From positions 28,881,134 to 28,945,133 of the forward strand of contig JARDVH010000163.1 in NCBI GenBank assembly GCA_030324005.1: 64,000 bases of DNA, in the 5' to 3' direction. Made by a program: the position numbers and the translations under genes. Under the pieces are notes generated by a model. It made no database searches. It had not been told where the DNA came from and worked only from the letters and a program-made list of their open reading frames with translations. Below, in pieces: positions 23,166-37,490 of this stretch. The DNA comes from Negaprion brevirostris (Eukaryota). Position 1 is the first letter of the stretch. Each line of letters opens with the position of its first letter.

Positions 23166-26100
23166 TTTTTCTTAAAGGAGCTATTAGAAGGATCTCAAAT
23201 AGGCTTCAAAAACAGGCACAAACCTGTAAGCATTTGCAAAATAGATGGATATGATTTTCTTGGCTCACTATGCTGCTCGAGTAGCACAGCAGGCTGGGAA
23301 ATGTTAGCACCAACAAACAGACATAGCAAATTTGGTGTATATCTATATTCATCTAGGTACAATGGGAAATATAGCCTCTNNNNNNNNNNNNNNNNNNNNN
23401 NNNNNNNNNNNNNNNNNNNNNNNNNNNNNNNNNNNNNNNNNNNNNNNNNNNNNNNNNNNNNNNNNNNNNNNNNNNNNNNNNNNNNNNNNNNNNNNNNNNN
23501 NNNNNNNNNNNNNNNNNNNNNNNNNNNNNNNNNNNNNNNNNNNNNNNNNNNNNNNNNNNNNNNNNNNNNNNNNNNNNNNNNNNNNNNNNNNNNNNNNNNN
23601 NNNNNNNNNNNNNNNNNNNNNNNNNNNNNNNNNNNNNNNNNNNNNNNNNNNNNNNNNNNNNNNNNNNNNNNNNNNNNNNNNNNNNNNNNNNNNNNNNNNN
23701 NNNNNNNCACAATGTTAGGGTCTGGGTTTTCCCACTTGTTGGGTACTTCGTTTTTTGGGGGGAAAATCGCACCCTATATCTTTGTACAGTGACAAGGAAC
23801 AAGAGTGACCCTCTTGGCTCCACAAAAGTATTGTGGGCCACTGCTCTCAGCTTCACCTCATCTAGTCCAGTGACAAGTTGAATCAGCCTGAAATCACTGG
23901 GTCCCAGCCAGCAGCTACAATGGGACGGTCTTCTGGTGCCCTACGTCCTTCCATTCAGATGAGGTCAAATGCCTAGTTTGCACCCTTAGATTTCACCTAC
24001 AGCGCATGGGGAAATTGCTCTGTTATTTCAATACAATTCAAATTTCTACTCACAAACTGAATGAAAGCTTTTTTTTCAAACCATTGTTAAGCCACCTGCC
24101 AAAAACAGCTTTAGCAAATTTAGGAAATATGCTTATATAGGTATACAGGAAATATAGGCCCTGTCTTATATTTAAAATTTTAAATACAGGAACCTATAAA
24201 CTCAATGGATAACAGAGATTTAAGATGCTCCCCTAATGGAACCTCCATTGAGTATTTAAATTACAAGACCTCCTGTGGAGTTTGCCAATTAAAATAAACC
24301 TTGTCCCAAATTTATGGCTGCAGTAGTGTTATATCATTGGTAAATTGCAGAGTGGCTGGTGAAGATACTCCTATCTACTGCATGGTACTCATAAATGGTA
24401 TATTCACAACTATATAGCCTCATATTAATTGTCTGCAGGAAATATGCTCTGCCCCCCCCCCCCCATACATTTATTTATATTTTGTTCTCTTGTGAGTGTT
24501 TCTTAAGCAAAACCTAGTCTAAGGAATTACATTATTCGATAGAGGTCATTTCTGATATATGATGTGAAAAGAACATAGTAATTATGTAATTACTTGCCCC
24601 TCAGTGTCACGTTTTAGAAGGCTTTCTCACAGTAAACTTAATCCAGTATAAAATTTTCCAGTCTCCACATTTCACTTGGTAGACTGATGGTCGGAATTCA
24701 AAGTACCAGAGCAGGAATTGAGCCTACAGCTGGAATGATTTGTGGAAGTAAGGCCAAACTTTGAGTATGTTACTGAGAGCTCTCCAAATATTTATCATGT
24801 GGTAAAACAGAGGGAAAATGCATTTCTTCATCCCTTGCATCTGCTTTCTTCATGTTCAATCCTTTATAGACTAGGGGGAGGCAAATTTTCCACCTGCCAT
24901 GGGAATTGGAGTGGGCAAGAGACGGACCATGGGAAAGTTCATTGACCTCAGGCAGGATTTTCTGATTCTGGGGCGAGTGCAGCCCAAACATCCCATCCAG
25001 AGAATCAGATTGTGGAAAGATGCTCATGAAGAGATGGAGGACAATAAACTCTCACTTTACGCTGTGTTACAACAAAAGCAGAACTTATCATTTAGGTGAA
25101 GATTGTTTGCGCAAATATGTCCTTGTGCAGTAGCATTGGAGAATGCTAAGCTCAAGACGTGGTGTGGTTAAGGCATACACCTATCTTCTTCATACATGAC
25201 AGCATGTGGTCCAAATCTACACACTTTTCATTATAACAGGTAGAATATTATGTCCCACTGCAGTCCAAGTGCCAGGACAGAAAATTTTGCCCAAACCTAT
25301 GACCTGGGGTACTGTATATCTCTGACACAAACAGAAGATGGAAAGTGTAATGTATATAACATTATTATATCCCTGGCTTGATTACATTCGTTATCAATAA
25401 CTAATTCCCCATGCAAAGCAGTCCTATGTTATTTCTGTAATGCAGACCCAACATTGCTGCCAACAGTTAATTTTTTTCATGTAAATCTCACTGCTACCTC
25501 AACATTGACCTCCAACTATCACAACCCAAGATCGATAGCTGTTTATTTTTGTTAAAAGAATTAAAAAGATGTGATTGGAAAAACAAATCTACTGCACAAT
25601 ATTAGATTTTATTTTGCAAGTAGGTTTAATATCCTATGTAATTGAACAACAAGGCTTCAGCTAAAATGTTCAGTTAAAAAGCTAAGCTTCATTAAGTATC
25701 GCCATTGTGCACAATGCCTGAATAACAGAAAATACATTGTATTGTAATAGTTATTTCTTAATGGTCTAGCCCGAGCATTAACTTGATTTGCTCTTTCAAG
25801 TGCTGTTAGACATGCTCTGCCTTTCATTTTGTGGCCTAATTCTAAGTCTCATTTAAGATTTGCATCAAATGAAGTTTTTTTTTTTCTTATTATTAGTAAT
25901 TTACTGATTTTCATATTCAGTAAACTTCTTAGCATTATACTTTAAAATTTTAACAGTTAAGAAATAGAGAAAAATGAACAAATCAAATACACGCATATAT
26001 GTCCAATTATACCAGATGTAGAAGATTTGAGGAGACTTCACGTACCTTCCTGACCTATCTGGTAGAGATTATTGTTACATACATCCAAGTTCCAGTAATA

Positions 26101-26380
26101 AAGGTCTTTGTCGATCTTACTGTCAGCCAACAGTACTGATGACCATAGAATCACTCAATTCTTTTCTGGTCTTTAAGCAAGCTGCTATCCACACTACAAC
26201 TCTCAGCAGGTACTGCCAGTGATTTAGTTGACGGTATTGTAAAACATCTGTTACTATAATTACCAATCATAGTTAAGCCTGAGGGACCTATTTTCAAGCC
26301 TGAAGAAAGGTTTTGTAAAATGCATTATAAAACGTTGTGTGAGCTTTCAAATTGTGACTGGTTAAAACAAAACTGAATCA

Positions 26381-27008
26381 TGGGAAGATGGTGGTAATGT
26401 TAGTAATGTCATTGGGTTAGTAATCTAGAGACCCAAGCTCATTCTTTGGAGATGTGGGTTCAAATCCCACCATGGCAGTTGGTGGAATTTAAATTCAATG
26501 AATAAATGTGGAATTATGAAGCTACTGTTAGTATTGGTGACCATGTCAACTATCATCAATTATTGCAAAAACTGCCTGCTGCAGTTGTAAATGCGCCTAG
26601 TTTGGGGGCATTTAAGAGATCTGTGGATAGGTTTATGGATGAAAAGNNNNNNNNNNNNNNNNNNNNNNNNNNNNNNNNNNNNNNNNNNNNNNNNNNNNNN
26701 NNNNNNNNNNNNNNNNNNNNNNNNNNNNNNNNNNNNNNNNNNNNNNACATCGTGGGCCGAAGGGCCTGTTCTGCGCTGTAATGTTCTATGTTCTATGTTC
26801 TATCTAGCTCACCAAAGTCTTTAGGGAAGGAAATCTGCCATCCTTACCCAGTCTGGCCGACATGTGATTCCAGATTCACAGCAATGCGGTTGACTATTAA
26901 CTGCCCTCTGAAATGGCCCAGCGAATGACCCTGTTCAAAAGCAATCAGGGATGGGCAACAAAAACTGGCCTCACCAGTAACAGCTACATCCCACAGAAGA
27001 GTAAAGAA
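26381..27008 (+). mobile_element. SINE family B interrupted by a CR1 3' end (~26572-26803)
   Basis: B box ggttcaaatccc; body and tail resume after the CR1 tail 'gggccgaagggcctgttctgcgctgtaatgttctatgttctatg'. Confidence 0.85.
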
Positions 27009-28174
27009 ATGAGTGAGGTGAATTGTCCAAGCAGCAACTTTACAAACAATTTGATTCCACTCAACATAATCAGGAGTTTGCACTTACACTTTTGCTACTT
27101 GTCCCATAATTTAACAATTAGAATTGAGAAATACATTACATTCTACTCTTATCATGGTTGCACACTCTTGACAACACTTCACCATCCGTGAGATTGCCAG
27201 CATGGGTTCAAAGTAGTGGCCAAACCTGGAAACCAGGAACCTGGTTTACATACATTTTAATATGTTTTAATATGATTAACAAGCTCCCTCCTCCAGATAT
27301 TGACTCAGTGCCATATATTTACACAGTGCGATGTGATGCCACGTCGATGCGGTTTACAACTGGTTCACCCAGACGTGGGGATCTCCCCTGGATTGCAAAA
27401 AATATCGATCTGGATGAGAAGGAGTGCCAAACTGACAGTGCCAACCTGTGCCCAGACGTAGGACTGGGCAGACCCCAATGGAAGTCTCATGCCGGGAGTG
27501 GGTGGGGGGTAGTATTTTATTTACATATGGTGATAGATGTGGGAGATGCAGATGCTATTGGGGTAGGCTGGGGGCTGGTGGAAATTCATATTCTGATTGG
27601 GGATTCTCGATCTAAGATTTTTCCGCACGTTTAGGCCCCATCACCTTATATGAGAGCACCAGCAACAACAAACACATTACCAGTATCAGCACCAAAGGGG
27701 TGGGACCTCTAACACAAAGAATATAGGCAGAGGATCAGCTCTTTTGAAATGTCTGCTTCTCTAGAGGTTCAGGCTCTCTCGTCCGGTTGCTGGTGACATC
27801 GGCAGTATCCAAGAGCAGGACACTTTTCCAGCAGTAGTGCCAATGCATTGCCAATAGCTGACAAAGTGCCTGTCACTGAGGAGCCTCTCACCAGATGTCT
27901 GCATCTCACCAGGTTGGGTACTCCCTTCTTTTGCAAAGAGAGTAAGCAGAGAAGCCGAAGAGATTTCTCAAGATTTTCTCACCATTGCTTTGGCTGCTAT
28001 AACCCCAAAAAGTCCAAGTGCCGATGAACCCTTATAACCCAGTCTGGATTGTTTTCTGTAGTCTGTTCAGTTAAAAAGCTTCCTTCAACAGAATGATGGA
28101 TGTATCATCTCGTGAACCCAAAGTCAGGATTCTAAGCTATGGTTTAGTGAAAGAATCCCAGAAAACCCCACCCT

Positions 28175-28481
28175 GGGTGGCACGGTGGCACTGTGGTTAG
28201 CGCTGCTGCCTCACAGTGCAAGGGACCTGGGTTTGATTCCTGGTTTGAGCTACTGTCTTTTTGAAGTCTGCATGTTCTCCCCATGTCTGCGTGGGTTTCC
28301 TTGGGGTGCTCTGATTTCCTCCCACAATCTGAATGATGTATGGCCAATGTACCTAACCAGCACTAGATACTCCCTCAGTGTACCTGAAAAGGCACTGGAG
28401 TGTGACGAATAGAGGATTTTTGCAGTAACTTCATTGCAGTATTAATGTAAGCCTGCTTGTGACACTAATAAATAAACTTTA
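28175..28481 (+). mobile_element. HE1-head SINE with alternative 3' tail
   Basis: Same tail as 14259-14525. Confidence 0.85.
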
Positions 28482-28866
28482 AAACCCATCACCATTTGGG
28501 TTCCTGACTTTTAAATGGTCCCAACATTTCTCCAGCAAATAATTTCGGAAAATTCCACTCAATGTTTCAGGTTGTGCTGAAGAACAGAGAATAATGAGAA
28601 TTCTGTCTGGGAATGTACATCAACAGCTCCCCCCACAGTTTAAGTAGAAACAACTCACAGTACAAGTAATCATCGTAATGGGTAGTACATTTAAAATAGT
28701 TTCAGGTCTCTGTAAATTCCTTTAATTCAAAGGGATTCATAGGTAAGGATGAATATATTAAATAATTGTTAATCATTTGCCCTGGTAAAATTGTTATAAC
28801 CTTCAATAGGCAATGATTTAATAATGTGTAATTGATTTTATTGTTTGTTATGATAAGGAAATCTCA

Positions 28867-28993
28867 GGTGGAATTTTACCGGCACATCCACCCAAGGTTC
28901 GTACAATCCTGCCGGAGGCCAATGGACAATGTCATTCTCCGAGCCTCGCCCGCCCCCGGAATCAGGGCGAGCATGCTGGTAAAATTCCAGTCC
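28867..28993. mobile_element. Harbinger/Tourist-like MITE
   Basis: TIR ggtggaattttacc/ggtaaaattccagtcc, TCA on both flanks. Confidence 0.7.
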
Positions 28994-29136
28994 TCATGTC
29001 TGCCACGTGGACGGGATAGTGCAGTGAGATCATCTCTGGCCCTAGCTTAGTCTGAGAGGCCATTTATTTCAACTTTGATATAAATTTAAGAATCTGAAAA
29101 AAAAATCCCCTGTGTACACCACAACTGTTCACAGTT

Positions 29137-30000
29137 TTAAAAATTCATTTAATGGATGTGGGTGTTGCTGGCTAGGCTGCAATTATTGCCCTTGGGAAGA
29201 TGTGGTGAGCTGCCTTCTAGAATTGCTGCAGTCCATGAGGTGTTTTCATTAGTGTCACAAGTAGGCTTACATTAACGCTGCAATGAAGCTACTGTGAAAA
29301 GCCCCTAGTCGCCACACTCCAGCACGTTTGGAATGAGGGACAATTTAGCGTAACCAATGCACCTAACCAGCATGTCTTTCAGATTGCGAGGGGAAACCAG
29401 AGCACCCAGAGGAAACCCACGCAGATATGGGGACAACGTGCAAATCCTGCACAGCCAGCGATGCAAACCAGGACTCAAATCTGAGTCTCTGTCACTGTGA
29501 GGCAGCAACGTAACCACTGTGATGGAGACACATCCACAGTGCTGTTAGGGAGGGAGCTCCAGGGTTTTGACCTAGCGACTGTGAAGGCAAGGCAAAGTAT
29601 TTATAAGTCGGGATGCTGAGTGGCTTGGAGAAGAACTTCCAGGTGGAGTTTTCCCATGTATTTGCAGCCCTTGTCCATCTAACTGGAAGTGGTTGGAGGT
29701 TTGGAAGTTGTTGCCTAAGGAACCTTGGTGAGCTGCAGTGCATCTCATACACACTACTGCCAGTGTGCATTGGTGGTGGAGGGAGTGAATGTTTGTGGAT
29801 GTGATAGCAATCAAGCAGGCTGCTTTGTCCTGGATGCTGTCAAGCTTCTTGGGTGTTACTGGAACTGCACTTACCCAGACAAGTGTTACATCACACCCCT
29901 ATGTTGTGCCTTGCAGATTGTGGATACACTTTGGGGAGTCAACAGGTGAGATCCTCTCCAGAGGATTCCTAGCCTCTGACCTGCTTTTATAGACACAATA
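29137..30000 (-). mobile_element. CR1-group LINE family B 3' region, interrupted by an alternative-tail HE1 SINE (29245-29522, -)
   Basis: Aligns with 33575-34165; the SINE splits 'gtccatgaggtgt|..acacatccacagtgctgttagggaggg'. Confidence 0.85.
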
Positions 30001-30361
30001 TTGGAAATGAATTGGCAACCTCACTCAGAGAGAGAGGTACAAAAATAATGAGTGTAGGAATCGAAAAAATAACATCGGCACAGGATTTCTGTAATTAAGG
30101 TTAAATGTATATTAATCTCATTTTGTTACATTATGAGGTTTTATAAGATGGCTATGTTTTGAACTGGCTTGTTAATTCAAGGTGTAGTAATGAAGAAGGT
30201 CTTATGATCTGCTTTAACCACTAACCAGTCATTAGCTTGTGTGGCTGAGTTATCCTGGGGACGTGGGAGACAAGTCAAATTGTATTGAAAATTAGGCACC
30301 AAATTTAGCATTTGAACATGAAAGACAGAGCAGCTGGCTTTGCTAGGGGCAAAACAAAAAG

Positions 30362-31002
30362 CAAAGAACAAAGAAAGTTACAGCACAGGAACTGGCCCTC
30401 CAAGCCTGCACTGACCATGCTACTCAACTTAACTAAAACCCCTTACCTTCCCAGGGACCATATCCCTCTTTTCCCAGCCTATCCATGTACTTGTCAAGAT
30501 GCCCTTAAAAGTCACTACCGTATCCACTTCCACTACGTCCCCCGGCAACGAGTTCCAGGCACCCACTACTCTTTTGTGTAAAAAAAAATCTACCTCGTAC
30601 GTCTCCTTTAAACCTTGCCCCTCGTACCTTAAACCTATGCCCCCTAGTAATTGAGTCTTCCACCCTGAGAAAAAGCTTCCGACTATCCATTCTGTCCATG
30701 CCTCTCAATCTTGCAGACTTCTATCAGGACTCTCCTTAACCGCTGTCTCTCCAGTGAGAGCAAACCAAGTTTCTCCAACTTCTCCTCATAGCTAGTGCCC
30801 TCCAAAACAGGCAAGATTCTGGTAAGTCTTTTCTGTTCCCTCGCCAAAGCCTCCACATCCTTCTGGTAGTGTGGGGACCAGAATTGAACACTATATTCCA
30901 AGTGCGGCTTAACTAAGCTGCAACATGATTTGCCAATTTTTAAACTCAATGCACTGGCTAATGAAGGCAAACATGCCGTATGCCTTCTTGATTATCTTCT
31001 CC
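30362..31002 (-). mobile_element. HER1/CR1 LINE 3' end
   Basis: VKPHLEYSVQFWSPHYQKDVEAL...EKLGLLSLERQRLR; TRGHRFKVRGARFKGDVRGRFF; (gttcttt)n tail. Confidence 0.93.
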
Positions 31003-33574
31003 ACTCCCAGGCAGGCAGAATCAGAGGCACTGGGGAGACAGAGAGTAGAAAGCTAATGAGAACATATACCCCGTTTGAAGAGATGGACCTCAGAGAAATT
31101 TAAAAGGGCAAAAAGTTGCCAGTCAGTGCCTGGCTGCTGGAAGTCAATTTGATTATGCTCAGGAGGATTGAGTGAAGAGACTTTTAAAAGGATTCTGGAA
31201 GATTTGTGCCGATGGAACAGGGAAAAGAAAGCAAATGAAAAGGTCAGGAGGGACTCTGAACTTTGAACACAAGACTACATTTCTGCTGAGAGGGGGATAA
31301 TCATGGCATGGGGTTGTGTTAAGAAACCAATAAGGAATAACTTTCCTGTTATTTAGACCATTAGTTGCCGATAAAGTTATATTTAGTCAAAGTCCCGAAA
31401 CACGCAATCTTGTGGTGTGATCCTTTGTATTTGTCAGTGGGAATTCAAATCACTTCTTAACAACAATATTGGTCTCTATTCAGATCATAACATTTTCTAC
31501 AGTGGGATTAAATGGGGAAAGATTAAAGAGTTTGTTCCAGATCTGGAAAATTAGGCCTCAGCTGGGAATGTTTGACACTTACTCTCGGCGCCAAGAATGA
31601 AAGTGTATTCCATTCCTTAGTGCTGTGATTGCAGACTGGGCAGTACCATGTCTGTCAGTTGATTCATGATGTCCTAAATCAGCATCCTGCAAACGTGAGG
31701 GTAATTTTCCAGATGTGCGTTTCTGATGGTAGCGTACAGTTTTGAATTGGTGAGTTCTTTTCAGAGTATGGATAAATTACTGCAGATTAATAGGATGGAC
31801 TGTCCGGTTGTTCCCTAACCATTATCAGTGAAAACCTATCAAGGTCACAAGGTAAGCTCAGGCACACATGAAAATCAAGAGAATTGGGAAATACCCATGA
31901 GAAATATTTAAATACCAGAGTTGAAATAATCTGGAGGAAGAAGGTAGAAAACAGTCAAAATGTAGTGATTATTGTAAGACTATGTAAGAAAGATGTGCTG
32001 CAGTATTGATAACGTGTGCTGATAGTACTGCACTCAGCAGCATAAAGTATCTTAATAATTTCTATAAAGAAAATATAACCTTGTAAAAAGGAAAATCCAA
32101 CATAAATAACCTAAAAAAGCATCAAGATGTTTTCCAACAAGTTTCAATATTCACTTTTAATGCAGGTGTGTTAATTCAAAAATAGATAGATGAACTAATT
32201 AAATACTTAAGCAAATTTACACAATGAATAAACTTTCTGGCAGTTGACATCAAAAATAATGCTAAATGTACATCCATCTACATTTATATAACGCCTTTCA
32301 TATATAGACTACTCCAATATGTCTTCTGATTGGTGTAAAGAAAATGGTGAACAACGAAACAAAGTGGGAAGGTGAAGAGATTTACAAAAATGATTCCAAT
32401 ATGTGATATCCAGGCTGCTATAATGCCTATGTCTTTATTGCATCACCCCTGCCCACCTCTGCCTCCTGTAATGTATCCATCACTTCGGAACTTTGTCTGC
32501 CAAGGAGTTCAAGATTCTGGTGTTTCAAATTGTAGCATTTTTCTGCAGTGCAGATACCCTTTTAGGACAGCCAGCCTGTCTTTGAGGTGAGCAGGCTTTC
32601 TGCAGCACAAAGTTTTCAAACAAAGTCACCTCAGCACCCTGCTAAGCTTCGAGAGCACGGGCAATATTTAGGAGAGAAGAGCAGTCTCGGAACTGCTTAG
32701 GTCAATCATTTAAGTGAGGTGGGCACAGCAAACTGGTGTCCAACTCAATCTGAGCAGGTAAAGGCTTTGGGTGGGATTTTTCTGGCCATGCCCACCCAAA
32801 ACCAAAAAAATCCTGCCTGAGGTCAACAGACCTTTGCATGGACCCAACCATTGCATTCCCCCACCCCCCAACTCCAAACATTTGAAATCTTTGGCCGTAT
32901 TATTGTTATATCATCCTTTTCAACTTTGCTAAAATCTATTGTAATAACTTAACGCTGTCTTGAAATGTTTTATGTTGTTCAGGCAGATGTATAGAATACC
33001 TGCAATGGAGGCCATTCGGCTGTACTGACCATAATCCCACCCAGGTCCTATTCCAGTAACCTGTAATGTAAAGTAGCTGTGCCTTTCATTCTAACCTGGT
33101 TAATTTGGGAGTGCCCACGAGCTATAAGTTTGAGTGATTGTCTAAACTCAGCGATGGATAGCGTTTGCACTTTAAACTCTTATTTCAACAAATAAAGTGT
33201 TTTAGTTTTTCAACATCAGTCATTGCTGCCAAAACACAGACCACAAAATCAAAGCAAAGGAGCACATACAATGTAGATTTGCTGGGAATTGAATATTAGT
33301 TATGAAATATTTGAGGTAATGCAACTATTTCCACTGCATTAAAGAGGGCTGAGGAAACTTAATTGTAGTGTTAAGATTTAAGAAGGGTTTCAATTGAGCA
33401 AATAGAGCAAGATTGTTTCCTGTGATTGCTTACCACTAGCTGCCCAGTCATTAATTCAAAATAGCCTCAAAGAGAGCGAGAAGAGAGGAATTTATTTGAT
33501 GTAGCATGTTGTTGATGCATGGGATATTTCAGCATTAGTTTGGTTAAGGCAGATTGCATTGTATCTTTTGCTTG

Positions 33575-35060
33575 ATTCAATTGTGGGACATGGGTGTCAC
33601 TGGCTAGGCCAGCATTTACTGCCCATACCTACTTACCCTTGAGAAGGTGGTGGTGAGCTATCTTCTTGACTCGCTGCAGTCCACGTGCTGTGAGTTGACC
33701 CACAATAGGGAGGGAATTCCGAGATTTTGACCCAGCCACTGTGAAGGAACGGTGATATGTCTCCAAGTCAGGATGGTGAGTAGCTTGGGCTGGGGGGAAC
33801 TTGCAGATGCTGGTGTTCCCATGTATGTATTGCCCTTATCCTTCTGGATGGAAATGGCTGTGGGTTTGGAAGGTGGTGTCTAAGGACTTTTGGTGAATTT
33901 CTGCAGCGCATCTTGTAGCCAGTACGCTGTGGTGCAACTGAATGTCAGTAGTAGAGGGAGTGGATGTTTGTGGATGTGGTACCAGTTAAGCAGGGTGCTT
34001 TGTCCTGGATGGCATCAAGCTTCCTGAGTGTTGCTGGAACTGCATGCATTCAGGCAAGTGGGGAGTATTCCATCATATTCGTAACTTGTGCCTTGTAGAT
34101 GATGGACAGACTCTGGAGAGTCAGGAGGTGAGTTACCCATCACTGTATTCCTAGCCTCTGACAGATTAATTGATCCCAAACCACGTCTAGGAACCAGAAG
34201 CTAAGTTTTTCTTTTGGTGAAACAATACCGGCAGCAGATCGATTAGTGTTAATCAGCTGGGGCAGCTCACAATCCAGTCGGGATTTTAGCTTGGCAATAC
34301 CTCGTTGTGACGTGTTGAAATGCATGGGTAGCCAGTTCAATGGGAGAACTGATTTTGAGGCTTTGTCTTCATTTTTTTTGGGCCACTGTGTTTATGTGGT
34401 GAGTCCAGTTGAGTTTCTGATCAATCATACCTGGTAATCCCAGGTATGTTGACAGTGGGGGGAATTCAGTGATGGTAACACCATTGAATGTCAAGGGGCG
34501 GTGGTTAAAGTGTCTCTTATTGGTGATGGTCATTGCCTGTGATTTGCATGATGTGCATGTTTCTTGCCACCTGTCAACCCAAGCCTGGATATTGTCCAGA
34601 TCTTGTTGCGTTTGCACACGGACTGCTTCAGTATCTGAGGAGTCACGAATGGTGCTGAACATTGTGAAATCATCAAACATCCCCATTTCTGACCTTATGA
34701 CAGAGGGAAGGTAATTGATGAAGCAGCTGAAGATGGTTTGGCCTAGGACACTACGCTGAGGGATTCCTGCAGAGATGCCCTGGAACTGAGATGACTGAGC
34801 CTCCACAACCACAATCATTTTCCTATGTGCCATGTATGACTCCAACCAGTGGAGAGTTTGCCCCCCCGATACCCATTGACTCCAGTTTTGCTACGGCTCT
34901 TAAAAGCCACATTCAATGAGGTTTGGCATCCATGTCAAGGGCAGTTACTTTCACCTCACCATTGGAATTCAGTTCTTTTGTCCATATTTAAACCAAGGCT
35001 GTAATGAGGTCAGGAGTGAGTGACCCTGTTGAAAACTGGGTGTCACTGAGCAGATTACGT
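33575..35060 (-). mobile_element. CR1-group LINE family B, RT to 3' end
   Basis: ISAGIPQRSVLGQTIFSCFIN..MGMFDDFTMF..QQDLDNIQAW (RT motifs); 3' tail matches the SINE B tail; unrelated insert at ~34165-34380. Confidence 0.9.
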
Positions 35061-36580
35061 TTTCATATTTGAAGAGTACAAAACTGTAGGGATAGAATGG
35101 GGCAGTTAGTTATGAATTAATCTAACAAAAAGTTAGCACGGAGACAATGAGCTGAATAGTTTCCTCCTGCATTGTAACAGGTAGGATCCTCAATTTCCAA
35201 AATTTTCCTCATTTTGCTGTTTTGATTTGCTTTTAATCAATATCTAGCAAAGCTCAGACTGAAAATTCACTGGAGTATTTGCTGGTTCAAAACTAATAAA
35301 GAACTAGTGCATTGGTATGTTAAAGCAATGTGCTGCAGAGCGAGATTTGTGAATGTTTTTATAGTATTTTACAGATTAGCCTTGAAGATTTTATGATTTC
35401 CTGGACCAGATTGTATGACTTTGGAAGATTCCTGCTCTGTAATAATGTGCTGTGTGGAGAATGACACCAGGAAAACAGATGGATTGGCCTCACCACAGCT
35501 TTCTGTCAAAGATGCATCATGTCTGAGCTTCCTTTTGAAGTGGTAGTAGAATGGAAGATGAGAGTTATAGCTGACATAACCTACTGTCGTATCAAATGTA
35601 TTTAAAAAAGGCAAAATTCCTGTTTGTGCAGAAGAGCCCAGACCACATCAAGTACATTGAATGTCTGGGTAAAATGAGGGAGCTATGTTTAATGCCTTCA
35701 CTATACCTTACTTTGGGCCAGCTCTGTGCTATGATTTCCTTCAAGCCAGGCTCACTGATTAATATAATGCTACTAGTTTCACCTTTCACGCAATGATCCT
35801 GTTGTGAATAACTACCAAGCCATTCTGTACCATATGTGATAGATTTGTAGATTATTCAAGGCATGTGTATTCATTTGTTGTTTAAAAAATACCCTGATCT
35901 TTTACAGTTTAGCTATTTTTAATCAGACAATGAACAATGTAAATTGAAGCTCATGATTGCACACGCCAGACTGGGTATGTACTACTCAAGTGTATTTACA
36001 GACGCAACACAGGATCTGTGGCAGGGTCAGAGAGTTCAGGTCCATCCCTTAAAATCCTTCAACATATCCTTAATGAAGGCACCAGTCAAACGATGACAAT
36101 GAATATCTTTGCTTTTGACCTCTCTTGAATGAGAGCTAATTAATAATACTCATCCATTCGAATATGGAGTAAACATCACAGGTAAAAGCCATGGATATGG
36201 CCACATAGTCCCACTGCTTTCAACTTCCCAAGACTATCAGATGCACTATGTCAAAAACCCTACAGAATTAGGTGAAAGCAAGTAGCTGTGGGATTTCCCT
36301 ATCCTAGGCTCCTCACAAAAGTGGAATCTAACCTGTTCCTCGATTGTTCGATTAGTCTTTAGGGCATTTGATTTTCCACAAGTTACACTGATGTTGGCAA
36401 GATTTGAATCATTTTTCAGACTCAAGGTACTCTATTTCTGTGAGTAACCACAATGACATACTGGAGGACATGCATACACCACACAAAGCTCTAATCACCA
36501 GGCCGATAACAGTAACTCCAGGATGAGATCATTGCTTTCCCCCAGAGCAGCTTTGTAAAATGAAGATGAAGCTTGCCAAT

Positions 36581-36908
36581 GGGGCAACACAGTGGCACAG
36601 TGGTTAGCATTGCTGCTTCACAGCTCCAGGGGCCTGGGTTCAATTCCAGGCTTGGGTCACTGTCTGTGTGGAGTGTGCACATTCTCCCCGTGTCTGCATG
36701 GGTTTCCTCTGGTTTACTCCCACGGTCAAAAGATGTGCGGATTAGGTTGATTGTCCATACTAAATTGCTCCTTAGTGTCCTGGGATGTGTAGATAAGGGG
36801 GNNNNNNNNNNNNNNNNNNNNNNNNNNNNNNNNNNNNNNNNNNNNNNNNNNNGTGGGTGCTGACTCAATGGGCCAAATGGCCCCCTTCTGCACTGTAGGC
36901 ATTCTAAG
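36581..36908 (+). mobile_element. HE1 SINE, full length (gap inside)
   Basis: Head 'gtggcacagtggttagcattgctgcttcacag', V-domain and tail. Confidence 0.92.
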
Positions 36909-37490
36909 TGCTGCCCTGCCATTAGCTGGGTTGCTTAGGACAGAGTCCACTTCTTTCCATTCAGTCTGTTCATTAACACCTTCCATCCGCAACATAAAGT
37001 TTTCTTCATTCCCTCCATGCAGTGAAGTCTTTGCTTCGATCCACTGAATCAGAGACAAGCTCAGTATGATAGTTTTTCAAGAAACCAAGGATATCTTGTG
37101 GCTTATTCAGTAACTGATACTAGGCAGAGAAATTCCTTTGATCCTGATTCACTATCAACTTGAACCAATGGGAATAAGATTTAGGAATCTTTTGGGCAAC
37201 GACATGCCTTTACTGATGAAAGCAATCTACCATTCTGGCTTCCTGATTTTGTGTCATGGTGTCCCTTTGGAGGAAGTCTTCATTGCTTCAAGTCTTGATT
37301 AAAAATCCCTATGCTTTGACCAGGTAATTCATCCTTTTGCAATTGTTTGAAGAACAAAGTGACTAGCAGACTTTAGCTTCAATTTGCTCATAACTCTGAC
37401 TGCAGAGGTAAAAACCAAAGCTGTCTGCAGTTATAACTGTCCACATGCCTTTTGACAAAGCATAACCATTGAACCTGTAAAGACTTCAGA

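Noticed and set aside
26046-26247. Minus-strand exon-like stretch with donor ggaag|gtacgt
   Set aside because: Stops in all three frames and a weak acceptor
36581-36660. tRNA-like sequences with A and B boxes
   Set aside because: These are SINE heads continuing into SINE bodies, not tRNA genes
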